Source of the DNA: an uncultured SAR324 cluster bacterium
GTDB taxonomy: Bacteria > SAR324 > NAC60-12
Direction: 5' to 3'
Assembly: GCA_902564345.1 (NCBI GenBank)
Contig: CACFAY010000004.1
Span: forward strand, 13,336 to 77,335
Length of the DNA stretch: 64,000 nucleotides
Shown: piece after piece, positions 47,721 to 57,557 of the stretch
How the letters are laid out: every line of letters begins with the position of its first letter
Position numbering within the stretch: position 1 is the first letter of the stretch
The notes under the pieces: generated by a model
Told to the model about the DNA's origin: nothing
Database searches by the model: none
Seen by the model: the letters and a program-made list of their open reading frames with translations, nothing else
Translations under genes and position numbers: made by a program

Positions 47721-49034
47721 ATGAAACTAAAAGATAATTTAAATCACAACTCTTTGATTGAAGAGGCCCATAGCATCCTAAGGCTGAATGACCGCGGAGG
47801 TTATACTGTTCCAACAGAACGTCTTTATCCCTACCAGTGGAACTGGGATTCAGCTATATGTGCTATGGGATGGCACCATTTTGACGAAGCAAGAGCCTGG
47901 AATGAGATTAGGATGTTGCTTAAAGGGCAATGGGCTAATGGTATGTTGCCACACATTATTTTTCATCAGGACAGTCCTGATTACTTCCCCAACGCAGACG
48001 TTTGGAACGTTCCCAAAAAATGTTTTCTAGACAGGGTGGAACATCCTCAAACATCTGGGATCAGTCAGCCTCCAGTGTTGGCAACTTGTGTTCGCAAACT
48101 CCAAGAAGCAGGAAAGGAATCCGTAATCAACAATAGCGAATTAAAGCAAATATGTATGAAAATCCTGAAATGGCATCGCTGGTTCTGGTCTGCAAGGGAT
48201 CCGGGAAATACTGGTTTGGTTTCCATTCTTCATCCTTGGGAAAGTGGAATGGACAACAGTCCTGCCTGGGACAAGTCTCTTGTCAGGGTTCCACCAACTC
48301 TAAATTCTTCTTATAAAAGGCAGGATACTAGCCTTATTGATTCAAGCCAACGACCCTTGCAAAAAGAATATGACCGTTACCTTTATCTAGTTGAAAAACT
48401 GAGAGAAAAGGAATATGATTCAAATAAAATATCTCAGGACTTCCCTTTTCGAGTGATTGACATAGGACTCAATTCGATCTTACAACGGTCAAATTTGGAC
48501 CTGTTGGCATTAATGGATCAATTTGGGATGATTTCTGAGTGCCATGAACTGAAAAAACGAATTGAACTAGCACGAGATGCATTCGCTGAACTTTGGGATC
48601 CCAAACATGAACATTTTTACAACAGGGATGAAATTTCTGGAGAATTGATTAGGGTATCCACATCAGCATGTTTTCTTCCACTTTTTGGCCAGCTTGCCAA
48701 TGATGAACAGGCTCTGAAGATGGTAACAACCCTAGAGAAGTGGGCAGAGCAGCAATTCCTTCTTGTTCCTTCTACATCACCGTTTGATACCAAATACGAA
48801 CCACAACGCTACTGGAGAGGCCCTATCTGGCCTCATGTCAACTGGATGATTAGCGAAGGTCTGAAAGAATATGGGCATAATGAACTTAGCAAAAAGATTC
48901 GCATGCAGACTTTGGAACTCATCTCAAAGCTGGGATTCCATGAATATTACCATCCTCTTGGAGAATTTGGCTTTGGTGGCGATTCCTTCAGTTGGACCGC
49001 GGCAGTTTACCTGATTCTTTGTAAAACAGGGTAA
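47721..49034 (+). CDS. GH63/MGH1-like (alpha/alpha)6-barrel glycoside hydrolase (glucosyl-/mannosyl-glycerate hydrolase-like)
   Basis: 437 aa. YPYQWNWDSAICAMG, HPWESGMDNSPAWD and YWRGPIWPHVNWM resemble GH63/GH37-clan signatures. The specific substrate is not determinable from the sequence. Confidence 0.55.
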   Translation: MKLKDNLNHNSLIEEAHSILRLNDRGGYTVPTERLYPYQWNWDSAICAMGWHHFDEARAWNEIRMLLKGQWANGMLPHIIFHQDSPDYFPNADVWNVPKKCFLDRVEHPQTSGISQPPVLATCVRKLQEAGKESVINNSELKQICMKILKWHRWFWSARDPGNTGLVSILHPWESGMDNSPAWDKSLVRVPPTLNSSYKRQDTSLIDSSQRPLQKEYDRYLYLVEKLREKEYDSNKISQDFPFRVIDIGLNSILQRSNLDLLALMDQFGMISECHELKKRIELARDAFAELWDPKHEHFYNRDEISGELIRVSTSACFLPLFGQLANDEQALKMVTTLEKWAEQQFLLVPSTSPFDTKYEPQRYWRGPIWPHVNWMISEGLKEYGHNELSKKIRMQTLELISKLGFHEYYHPLGEFGFGGDSFSWTAAVYLILCKTG

Positions 49035-49298
49035 AACCTTTTCCCTAGTTTGATGATATTCCCCATTTTAATCATATAACTTATAAGACATTTATTTCTT
49101 GTTTAATAAACCAAAATCTTTTGTTGCCTAATACTCAAGTATCTATCAAAAAAATAAGCGGTCCCAATCCTTATCCACATAGTTTGTTTGAAAAATTTTT
49201 TCTGGTGATTGTGTCATTCTCTGAATAAAATATAATTTAAAAGTAGTTAATTGTTTTAGGTGATTTTGAATACTTTACTATAATCATGTTTAGGTAGT

Positions 49299-49745
49299 TT
49301 ATTGCCCTGTACTTCCAAATCCCCCTAAACCACGTACTGTATCTTCAAGTGAATCCACAACTTCAATACTGCATGGTTCAAGCTTTCTCACTAGCATCTG
49401 AGCTATTCGTTGTTTCAAAAGACCTTCTGCAGATTGAATCCCATTACCTTTACCAATATAGCGGAACGGAAGCAAGATACGGCCTCTGTAATCTGGATCA
49501 ATTACTCCCAAACTGTTTGCCATATGAAAATCGGTCTTGATAATGCTTGAACGAGGGACTACTTCAACATAATATCCATCACTAATCTGAATCGATATTC
49601 CTGAATCAAACAAAAATACACTATGATTTTTTTGCTCAACAGCCATTGCTGTGATATCTATGCCTGCATCCGTCTGATGGCCTCTACTAGGAACAGGCAT
49701 CCCTTCAAAGTGGGTGCAAATTTTTAACAAAGGATTAGAACTCAA
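49299..49745 (-). CDS. dut: dUTP diphosphatase
   Basis: 148 aa. AGIDITA, GVIDPDYRG, C-terminal RGLGGFGSTG. Confidence 0.85.
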   Translation of the reverse strand: MSSNPLLKICTHFEGMPVPSRGHQTDAGIDITAMAVEQKNHSVFLFDSGISIQISDGYYVEVVPRSSIIKTDFHMANSLGVIDPDYRGRILLPFRYIGKGNGIQSAEGLLKQRIAQMLVRKLEPCSIEVVDSLEDTVRGLGGFGSTGQ

Positions 49746-49929
49746 CTACTTTTGCATTTGAAAAATTTTAGATTAAAAAATAACTACAAGAAAAAAGCTT
49801 GTCTTACAGAACAAGTGACTTCAATTTAATTTGACTAAATAATACCGATTTTTATGAATTTTTATTAATTGTTTAAAAATTAATGAACCGAGTTTATGAG
49901 CATAAAAACTAAACTTCAAGTTTTGACAT

Positions 49930-51225
49930 ATGTCATTTGACACAAAAATTTTCCATGGTGCACTTCAAAAAGCGAAACGTCCAGAACTGTCCAAAATATT
50001 GTCAACAGTATGGAATATGCCTCTTACCGAATATTCCGGGCATCTGTGGGAAACTGATACTAATCATCCTACAATGGAATTAGAACTAGGAAATGCATTT
50101 GAAATTGAATTTTACAGGATAGGTTTTACAGAACACCAAGCAAAAAAATATTGCAAAGAGTTGGAAAGGACTCGAGTTCTACAGACATCAACTCACATTA
50201 CTGCCTCTGAAGGTCCTACTTTCCTAGCTTTGCATCATATGGCATTACTTGGAATCCCTAAGGGGAGAACTTATTTTATCGGATCTTATTCAGGTGTTCC
50301 TTTTGCAAACAAAGCCTGGTCAGGATGTCTAAATTTCAGTAATCACTTAGATTTAGAATCAGTATTATCCGTTCATGCGCCTGAATTCGCTCAGTTAAAA
50401 CGTGCCGATAAAGATCGTATCCGCGATTCTTCAGACCGACGCATATCTTTAATTCCTGGAAAGATGAGAGATGTCAGAGTTTTTAAAAGTAAGATACCCA
50501 AAAAAATGGCTGACCTCATAACATATTTTTCTGAACCAATTCTAGATATTTCTCCAAAGGCAAAAACCAATGATGATTTTACGAAATGGGCTTCTATTTT
50601 TTGCACAAACCAGCTTGGCAAAATATTTCCTTCTAATTCAATTTTATATTTTGACCTGAACGAGGTTATTAGCAATTATTTGGAAGTTGTAATTTCAAAC
50701 ACAAATCATCCAATTTATCGGTTATTTTTTGATAATACAGTACGTAATTCAGTATTTGCTGTCTTTCCCTCTAATACTCCATTATTCACAGTTAATGTCG
50801 GCTATAAAAATAAAATGCGGCAGGAGGCAGTTGTTCTTAATGGAGACGAATTACATAGTCAAAATTATAGGCTCAAACTGACTCAAGAAAATTTAATCAC
50901 TGAAATTAAATCAGGAGTCCTTTGTCCAGGCTTATTCCTTGGGTTTACCGTATTAAGTTTTATAAACGGATTTGTTTGTTTCGGAAGCTTCGAACAAATT
51001 GAGTATCTTGCAGGATTCAAACAAAAGTGGCTTAAACTTGACCTTTTGGATAATGAAATTGTTAATAAATCAAATACCAGCTCTTTTACTAGCGGGCGAT
51101 GCGTTGATGAGTCTGGTGAAGGTATATATCCACTAGACATTCTGCTGGGCCAAGAAATTAAATTAAATAAAAATCAAACTGTAGGGGAACTGATGGAACC
51201 TTTAATAACCCGTTTAATTAAATGA
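49930..51225 (+). CDS. Hypothetical protein, 431 aa, no family recognised
   Basis: A long uninterrupted ORF with normal composition and one hydrophobic stretch (GVLCPGLFLGFTVLSFINGFVCFG). I cannot match it to any family. Confidence 0.5.
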   Translation: MSFDTKIFHGALQKAKRPELSKILSTVWNMPLTEYSGHLWETDTNHPTMELELGNAFEIEFYRIGFTEHQAKKYCKELERTRVLQTSTHITASEGPTFLALHHMALLGIPKGRTYFIGSYSGVPFANKAWSGCLNFSNHLDLESVLSVHAPEFAQLKRADKDRIRDSSDRRISLIPGKMRDVRVFKSKIPKKMADLITYFSEPILDISPKAKTNDDFTKWASIFCTNQLGKIFPSNSILYFDLNEVISNYLEVVISNTNHPIYRLFFDNTVRNSVFAVFPSNTPLFTVNVGYKNKMRQEAVVLNGDELHSQNYRLKLTQENLITEIKSGVLCPGLFLGFTVLSFINGFVCFGSFEQIEYLAGFKQKWLKLDLLDNEIVNKSNTSSFTSGRCVDESGEGIYPLDILLGQEIKLNKNQTVGELMEPLITRLIK

Positions 51226-51427
51226 AATACAATAGTTCCAGCATTGAAGTGATGTCTATAATCAGATTGAACTTGCTTTAAGTACTGAATTCTCTTAGAT
51301 ATATATGTTTAATTAATCATTTAAATATTTTATAATTTTAATTTTCTAAAAACCATCCTGAAAAAAAGTATGTTCAGATACATGCTTTATTCCAAAATAG
51401 CTCCATAATTTTCTAAATTAACATAAG

Positions 51428-52993
51428 GTGATCATTTCCACGTTCCCAATTCTTTCGACCATAATTTTTTCACCGTTACTGGGTATTGCACTGGCAGGCA
51501 TCTTCAGGGGGGAAGCTAATGGATTACCAGCACGTGTGAGTGCAATTATAAGTAGCTGTATCACTTTCATTATTAGTCTTTATCTATGGTTTAATTTTGA
51601 TTCAAATTCTGCTGAATTGCAAATGGTTGAGCGTCTGCCATGGATCACTCAATTCAATATTGAATACTTCTTGGGACTGGACGGCCTTAATCTATTCTTT
51701 CTGCTAATTATAAACTTCATAACACCTTTGGCTCTTCTTGGCTCTTGGAACTTAGAGAGAAGCAACTGGCAATTCCAAATCCAAATGCTTCTTTTGCAAA
51801 TAGGCATGCTAGGTTGTTTTGCGGCGATGGATGTAGTGCTATTTTATGTATTTTTTGAGTTGATGCTTATTCCTATGTATTTGTTGATCGGCATTTGGGG
51901 GGGATCGAACAGGCTTTATGCAACTATCAAATTCTTTCTTTACACTTTTCTAGGCTCACTACTAATGCTGGTTGCTCTTCTGTACACGGCAACACTATAT
52001 GTCGACTTAAATGGAGGTTGGTCATTTAACATTCTGGACTGGTATGGTATGGACATCCCAGTTGATACTCAGTATTGGTTGTTTATAGGATTTGCAGCAG
52101 CTTTTGCAGTAAAAATTCCAATTTTTCCTCTTCATACATGGCTTCCTGACGCGCACTATGAAGCTCCTACAGCCGGGTCAGTCCAACTTGCTGCAGTTTT
52201 GCTAAAGTTTGGACCATATGGTTTTTTGCGTTTTGCAATGCCTGTTTTTCCTGCAGCTGTTTATGAGCTTTCTACAGCCTTCATAGTGTTGGCCTTAATT
52301 GGAATAATTTATGGAGGATTGGTGGCAATGGTCCAGCCTCAGATAAAGAGGCTTATTGCTTACTCATCTGTAGCCCACATGGGCTACATAGTACTCGGAT
52401 TATTCGCTATCAACATACAAGGTCTTTATGGAAGTTGGATACAGATGATAAACCATGCACTTGTAACTGGAGCACTGTTCTTAATTGTTGGTATGATCTA
52501 CGAACGTACACATACTCAGGAAATTTCAGATTATGGTGGGGTTGCTCATACCATGCCCAAATTTGCAGTATTCCTAATCTTCTTTTCAATGGCTTCAATT
52601 GGCCTTCCTGGACTTAATGGTTTTGTTGGAGAAATACTAGCAATGATTGGAGCTGCAAGAATCAATATTTGGTATGGAATTATTGCAGCATTTGGTGTAT
52701 TAATTGCAGCTATTTATATGCTTTGGATGGTGCAACGTGTGGTGTTTGGTCCCATAACGAAGGATATGGTGAAACGCCTCAATGATCTCACATTACGCGA
52801 AGTTATTGTTCTAGTACCTCTCGTTTTCTGGACCATCTTTCTTGGTGTATATCCTCAACCATTCTTTAAACGCATAGAGGTAAGTATTAACCATTACATC
52901 CAGTTAATCAAATCACAGGAACCTCGCTTCGCAAAAAATGAAGAAGAAAGTCCTGAATTAACTAAATTCCTTGTATGGAATTTAGAAGATTAG
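51428..52993 (+). CDS. nuoM: NuoM-like proton-translocating antiporter subunit (Proton_antipo_M family), orphan
   Basis: GTG start, 521 aa, about 14 TM segments. Contains HTWLPDAHYEAPTAGSVQLAAVLLKFGPYGFLRF and AYSSVAHMG. No other nuo or mrp genes flank it. Confidence 0.8.
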   Translation: MIISTFPILSTIIFSPLLGIALAGIFRGEANGLPARVSAIISSCITFIISLYLWFNFDSNSAELQMVERLPWITQFNIEYFLGLDGLNLFFLLIINFITPLALLGSWNLERSNWQFQIQMLLLQIGMLGCFAAMDVVLFYVFFELMLIPMYLLIGIWGGSNRLYATIKFFLYTFLGSLLMLVALLYTATLYVDLNGGWSFNILDWYGMDIPVDTQYWLFIGFAAAFAVKIPIFPLHTWLPDAHYEAPTAGSVQLAAVLLKFGPYGFLRFAMPVFPAAVYELSTAFIVLALIGIIYGGLVAMVQPQIKRLIAYSSVAHMGYIVLGLFAINIQGLYGSWIQMINHALVTGALFLIVGMIYERTHTQEISDYGGVAHTMPKFAVFLIFFSMASIGLPGLNGFVGEILAMIGAARINIWYGIIAAFGVLIAAIYMLWMVQRVVFGPITKDMVKRLNDLTLREVIVLVPLVFWTIFLGVYPQPFFKRIEVSINHYIQLIKSQEPRFAKNEEESPELTKFLVWNLED

Positions 52994-53005
52994 TGAAGCC
53001 GGGAA

Positions 53006-54448
53006 ATGCCCCTCCAAATTCACAATTCATTATCTGGTAAAAAAGAAGATTTTAATCCTATTCACAAAGGACAGGCCTCCATTTACGTTTGCGGACCCAC
53101 AGTTTACGGGGATAGTCACCTCGGTCACGCTAAAGCTTATATCAGCTTTGACATAATTCTACGATATCTTCGCTACTCTGGATTAAAAACTTTTTATGTG
53201 CAAAACATAACTGATGTTGGTCATCTGATGGGAGATGGTGATGATGGTGAGGATAAACTGATTAAAAGAGCGCGTGAACTAGAGCAAGAACCTATGGCTG
53301 TTGCTGAATATTTTTCTAGAAGACATTTTGAAGCAATGGACAGACTAGGGGTGATTCGACCTGACATAAGTCCAAGAGCAACAGGACATATAACTGAACA
53401 GCTAGAAGCAATTGAAAAATTGATCGAACTGGGCCTTGCCTATGAATCCAATGGATCAGTTTATTTTGAAATCAATAAGGATCCAAAGTACGGGGAACTC
53501 TCCAATAGGACCATAGATCAGATGATTGAAGGAACACGCATAGAGGTACTAAAAGAAAAGCGTCATCCTGGAGATTTTGCACTCTGGAAACGAGCAGAGC
53601 CGGGACATTTGATGCGCTGGCGGGATCCATTCAGTGGATGGGGATATCCAGGATGGCATACGGAATGCGTTGTCATGAGCACACGATATCTTGGTGATGA
53701 ATTTGATATTCATGGAGGAGGTATGGATTTAAAATTTCCCCACCATGAATGTGAAATTTCCCAAGCCAGAGGGCTCAAAAAACCGTTTGCCAGAAAATGG
53801 ATTCATACAAATATGCTGACAATTGATGGACAAAAAATGAGTAAATCCTTAGGAAATTTTGTATCACTGCCAGAATTATTCAAAAATTTTGATCCTCTCA
53901 TAGTTCGCTACTTCATCGCTGCCAGTCATTACCGTTCTGTAGTTGATTTTAATGAAAAAGCACTGCGCTCTGCTGAAATATCTCTGAAGCGCATACACCA
54001 AACTGTTATAAAGCTAAGAGAACTCCGACCTAAAGATGCCAAGCCATCCGGGAAGCAATTTAAGGAATTTCAAAGGCGTTTTTGTCAAGCAATGGATGAT
54101 GATTTTTCATCACCACAGGCATTGGCAACATTATTTGATTTAAACCGTGAAGCAAATAATCTGCTATCAGAAAAAAATCCTGATCTTGAAGCAGTGACAG
54201 ATGTAGAATACCTTTTTTCATCATTGGGAGGTGATGTTCTGGGCATCATTCCTGAGACAATTCAAACAAACTATTCTGAAGATCATATGAACCATATAAT
54301 GGAGGTTCTAGTTGAGCTCCGAACAAGCTTACGTGAAAAAAAAGATTTTGAAAGTGCCGATCTAATTAGGGATCACCTTAAGAAAATCGGCATAGTGTTT
54401 AAGGATACAAAGGAAGGAACAACTTGGGAGACAGAAAAAAATAATTAA
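53006..54448 (+). CDS. cysS: Cysteine--tRNA ligase
   Basis: HIGH-type motif HLGHAKAY, KMSKS motif KMSKSLGN, and the zinc-site context WHTEC. Confidence 0.95.
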   Translation: MPLQIHNSLSGKKEDFNPIHKGQASIYVCGPTVYGDSHLGHAKAYISFDIILRYLRYSGLKTFYVQNITDVGHLMGDGDDGEDKLIKRARELEQEPMAVAEYFSRRHFEAMDRLGVIRPDISPRATGHITEQLEAIEKLIELGLAYESNGSVYFEINKDPKYGELSNRTIDQMIEGTRIEVLKEKRHPGDFALWKRAEPGHLMRWRDPFSGWGYPGWHTECVVMSTRYLGDEFDIHGGGMDLKFPHHECEISQARGLKKPFARKWIHTNMLTIDGQKMSKSLGNFVSLPELFKNFDPLIVRYFIAASHYRSVVDFNEKALRSAEISLKRIHQTVIKLRELRPKDAKPSGKQFKEFQRRFCQAMDDDFSSPQALATLFDLNREANNLLSEKNPDLEAVTDVEYLFSSLGGDVLGIIPETIQTNYSEDHMNHIMEVLVELRTSLREKKDFESADLIRDHLKKIGIVFKDTKEGTTWETEKNN

Positions 54449-54490
54449 GAACTTTTCGCAACCAAATTAACAAAAAAACACTTAACTATT

Positions 54491-56287
54491 ATGAAAGAAG
54501 AAAAATCCAAACATATTGCTTTGCGATTATATAACCTTATTTCACCTCTCAAAGGCTGGGTTATATTAAGCATTGTCTGCATGGCTGGATATAATATCTT
54601 TACTGCAGCACCTGCATATTATGCAAAAGATATTGTTGACGCCATTGTATATGGGGAAAAACCTGAACTTAAGCAGTATTTTCTTGTTGGTTTGGGACTG
54701 GTAATAGTTTTTGCTGTTAAAGGTTTTTTCTTTTTTGGACACAGTTACTGTGTCGGACACCTTGTTCAAAGCCTTATCCTTAAACTAAGGCAGCATCTAT
54801 TTGACCATCTAGTCAACCTTTCTCTTACCTTCTTCAACCGATCAAAGACAGGCGATTTGATCTCGCGATTTACTAACGATTTGCACGCATTCCAGAATAT
54901 GATGCAAGTCGGTGTAGCAGGTCCCTTTAGGGACATTCCACAATTTTTTATACTGCTAGGAATCATGTTTTTAAGAAGCTGGCAGCTTGCTTTAGTAACA
55001 ATGATTATTATACCCGTGGCTATTTTATTTATTCATAATTTTGGTCAGCGGAATAAAATTGCAGTTAGCGAAAGACAGATTAGTTTTGGCGGACTAAGTA
55101 GCCTACTGGTCGAAACAATTACTGGTGTAAGGGTCGTAAAGGCTTTTGGAATGGAGAAATACGAAAGTAAGAGGTTCAAAAGTGCCAATGATGACCTCTA
55201 TAAAAACCACATGCGTTCTATAATGATTGATTCATATTCTTATCCGATCATAGAAATTGTTGGAGCAACAGCAGGTGCGACCATCGTTGCATTTGGTGGT
55301 TATTTTATAATCAATGGACAAATCACACCCGGGGATTTCACATCTTTTCTAATAAGTTTTTTCATGTTAAATGAACCAGTTAAAAAACTAAACGGATTCA
55401 ACTTAAAACTACAGGAAGGGTTTGCTGCCGTTCGCAGAATTTTCAATGTCCTTGATGTTAAAGATGAAATTGTTATCTCCCCCAACGCGAAAAAAATTAC
55501 TGGCTTCGAAAAAGAGATTGATCTCAATATTAAGGCTTTTCATTACCCAGAAAATGAAGAACCTGCCATCAGAGATTTTAAACTTACTCTTCGCAAGGGT
55601 GAAGCGGTTGCATTAGTTGGCAGTAGTGGTGCAGGAAAAACTACAATTGCCAATTTAATTCCCCGTTTCTATGATATCACACGTGGCACAGTGACAATAG
55701 ACGGAAATGATCTTAGAGATTTGGATCTGCTCTCTTTGAGAAAGTTAATTGCAATTGTGACCCAGGATACTATTCTTTTTAATGACACTATTGCCAGCAA
55801 CATTACCTATGGACAGCCTGACTGCTCTAAGGAGCGAATGTTTGCAGCCGCACGTGCCGCAAATGCCCACAAATTTATAAATGAACAACCTGAAGGTTAT
55901 GATACTTTAATTGGTGAAAAAGGCACTCGACTCTCTGGGGGACAGAGACAACGTCTCTCAATTGCTCGTGCATTAGTTAAAGATGCTCCAATCCTCATAC
56001 TGGACGAAGCAACTTCAGCTCTTGATTCGGAGTCAGAAATTGAAGTTCAGCAGGCAATTGAACATTTAATGGAAAATCGCACTACATTAGTAATTGCACA
56101 TAGACTATCCACAATCAGAAGTGCAGACAGAATTTGCGTTATGGAAAACGGTCAGATTGTAGAACAAGGCAGACATGAAGAACTACTAATAAATGGAGGA
56201 CGATACCAGCAGCTTTATGAGATGCAGTTCAAACACCAGCCAGAAAGCCATATACCTGAAGAAACCAAGGGACATCTGGTTTCCTGA
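54491..56287 (+). CDS. ABC exporter, fused TMD-NBD (MsbA-like lipid/multidrug exporter)
   Basis: 598 aa. Six TM segments, then Walker A GSSGAGKTT, LSGGQRQR, and Walker B ILILDEATSALD. Confidence 0.85.
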   Translation: MKEEKSKHIALRLYNLISPLKGWVILSIVCMAGYNIFTAAPAYYAKDIVDAIVYGEKPELKQYFLVGLGLVIVFAVKGFFFFGHSYCVGHLVQSLILKLRQHLFDHLVNLSLTFFNRSKTGDLISRFTNDLHAFQNMMQVGVAGPFRDIPQFFILLGIMFLRSWQLALVTMIIIPVAILFIHNFGQRNKIAVSERQISFGGLSSLLVETITGVRVVKAFGMEKYESKRFKSANDDLYKNHMRSIMIDSYSYPIIEIVGATAGATIVAFGGYFIINGQITPGDFTSFLISFFMLNEPVKKLNGFNLKLQEGFAAVRRIFNVLDVKDEIVISPNAKKITGFEKEIDLNIKAFHYPENEEPAIRDFKLTLRKGEAVALVGSSGAGKTTIANLIPRFYDITRGTVTIDGNDLRDLDLLSLRKLIAIVTQDTILFNDTIASNITYGQPDCSKERMFAAARAANAHKFINEQPEGYDTLIGEKGTRLSGGQRQRLSIARALVKDAPILILDEATSALDSESEIEVQQAIEHLMENRTTLVIAHRLSTIRSADRICVMENGQIVEQGRHEELLINGGRYQQLYEMQFKHQPESHIPEETKGHLVS

Positions 56288-56292
56288 TTTAA

Positions 56293-57084
56293 ATGACTTC
56301 CTCAATTTCAAAAATTCGCACAGTCGTCATCTTGGCGGCAGGAATGGGTATTAGGCTTCGAAATGTAACGGGTTTACTTCCAAAAGGATTACTTGAAGTA
56401 GGTGGTAAATCACTGATCTCTCGTTCTCTAGGGAGTTTAAAGAACGAGGGTATAGATCGTGCGATTATTGTAACTGGATTTCAGCAATCGCATTATCACG
56501 AACATCTTCATAAACTGGGAAACATACCTGAGCTTGAATTTATTCACAGTAAAAAATTCGCCGAAACAGGTAGCATGCACTCTCTCTTTGTGGCACAAAG
56601 TTATCTAAATGAGGATTTTTTGCTTTTGGAGTCAGACCTACTTTACGAATCTCGTGCATTGAATTATGTTATAAACTTTGAGGGTCCGGATGTCGTACTG
56701 GTTTCTGGGAAAACTAACTCAGGAGATGAGGTATATGTATATGGAGAAAAGCTAAAGGAACAAACGGTGACCATAAACTCAGGGAACTTCATAAGAGGGG
56801 AAATTACTAAAATTTCAAAAAAACCTTTTCCTAGCTTGTCTGTGCAGGGAGAACTGGTTGGGATTTCCAAAATATCTATCAAACTTTTAAATCAAATGTG
56901 CGAGTATCATGAGGCAAATCACGAATTTCCATGCAGTAGACATTATGAAGAATACATCTCTGATCTTTGCTCAACGACAGAAATTCCCTTTTTAAAAGTA
57001 GAAGACCTTGTTTGGACAGAGATCGATGACCAATCACATTATGAAAGGGCTTTGAAAAAAATATTGCCCAAGTTAATTAAATAA
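56293..57084 (+). CDS. Nucleotidyltransferase, LicC/phosphocholine-cytidylyltransferase-like
   Basis: VILAAGMGIRLRNVTGLLPKGLLEVGGKSL (GxGxRL + K signature). 263 aa, 5 nt after the exporter gene. Confidence 0.65.
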   Translation: MTSSISKIRTVVILAAGMGIRLRNVTGLLPKGLLEVGGKSLISRSLGSLKNEGIDRAIIVTGFQQSHYHEHLHKLGNIPELEFIHSKKFAETGSMHSLFVAQSYLNEDFLLLESDLLYESRALNYVINFEGPDVVLVSGKTNSGDEVYVYGEKLKEQTVTINSGNFIRGEITKISKKPFPSLSVQGELVGISKISIKLLNQMCEYHEANHEFPCSRHYEEYISDLCSTTEIPFLKVEDLVWTEIDDQSHYERALKKILPKLIK

Positions 57085-57105
57085 CAACTTGAAAGTAAAA
57101 ATAAT

Positions 57106-57483
57106 ATGAGTGAAAAATTTTTGTTACAGCAATCGCCTTTTGTTGTTCCAACAACAGACGGGAAATTGATTGAAGAGCATATTGGCCATGTATCTACTGG
57201 TGAAAGCAATTTAAGTATAGCACACATGATTGTACCCCCAGGATGGTCTGAGCCGCATCAGAATCCTGAATTTGATGAATACACACTTATGGTGCGGGGA
57301 TGTAAGCTTGTTGAAATAAACGGAGAGACCGTAACTATTAAATCTGGAGAATCTTTGCTTATAAGAAAAGGCGTAAGGGTAAAATACTCAAACCCATTTA
57401 AAGAAGAGGCTGAATACTGGTCAGTCTGTATGCCCGCTTTTTCCCTTGAATCTGTTAACAGAGAAAATGACCAATCTAATTGA
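57106..57483 (+). CDS. Cupin-domain protein
   Basis: 125 aa. Cupin_2-like pattern: PPGWSEPHQNPEFDEYTLMVRG...VTIKSGESLLIRKG. Confidence 0.55.
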   Translation: MSEKFLLQQSPFVVPTTDGKLIEEHIGHVSTGESNLSIAHMIVPPGWSEPHQNPEFDEYTLMVRGCKLVEINGETVTIKSGESLLIRKGVRVKYSNPFKEEAEYWSVCMPAFSLESVNRENDQSN

Positions 57484-57499
57484 ACAAATTTAGATTACT

Positions 57500-57536
57500 G
57501 TCTTTAATGATGCTTCTTCAACAACATCATTAAGAC
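57500..57536. terminator. Possible hairpin between convergent cupin and leuB genes
   Basis: GTCTT(T)AATGATG, a 12-nt loop, CATCATTAAGAC. This is a 12-bp stem with one bulge and no clear U-tract. Confidence 0.3.
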
Positions 57537-57557
57537 TGAGAAGTTTAAAAAAGGGGA

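Noticed and set aside
51428-52993. NuoM-like gene considered as DabB of a DAB CO2-uptake system, or as part of an Mrp antiporter
   Set aside because: No DabA (DUF2309, about 800+ aa) or other mrp subunit genes are adjacent. The LPDAHYEAPTAGS context looks NuoM-like. It is reported only as an orphan.
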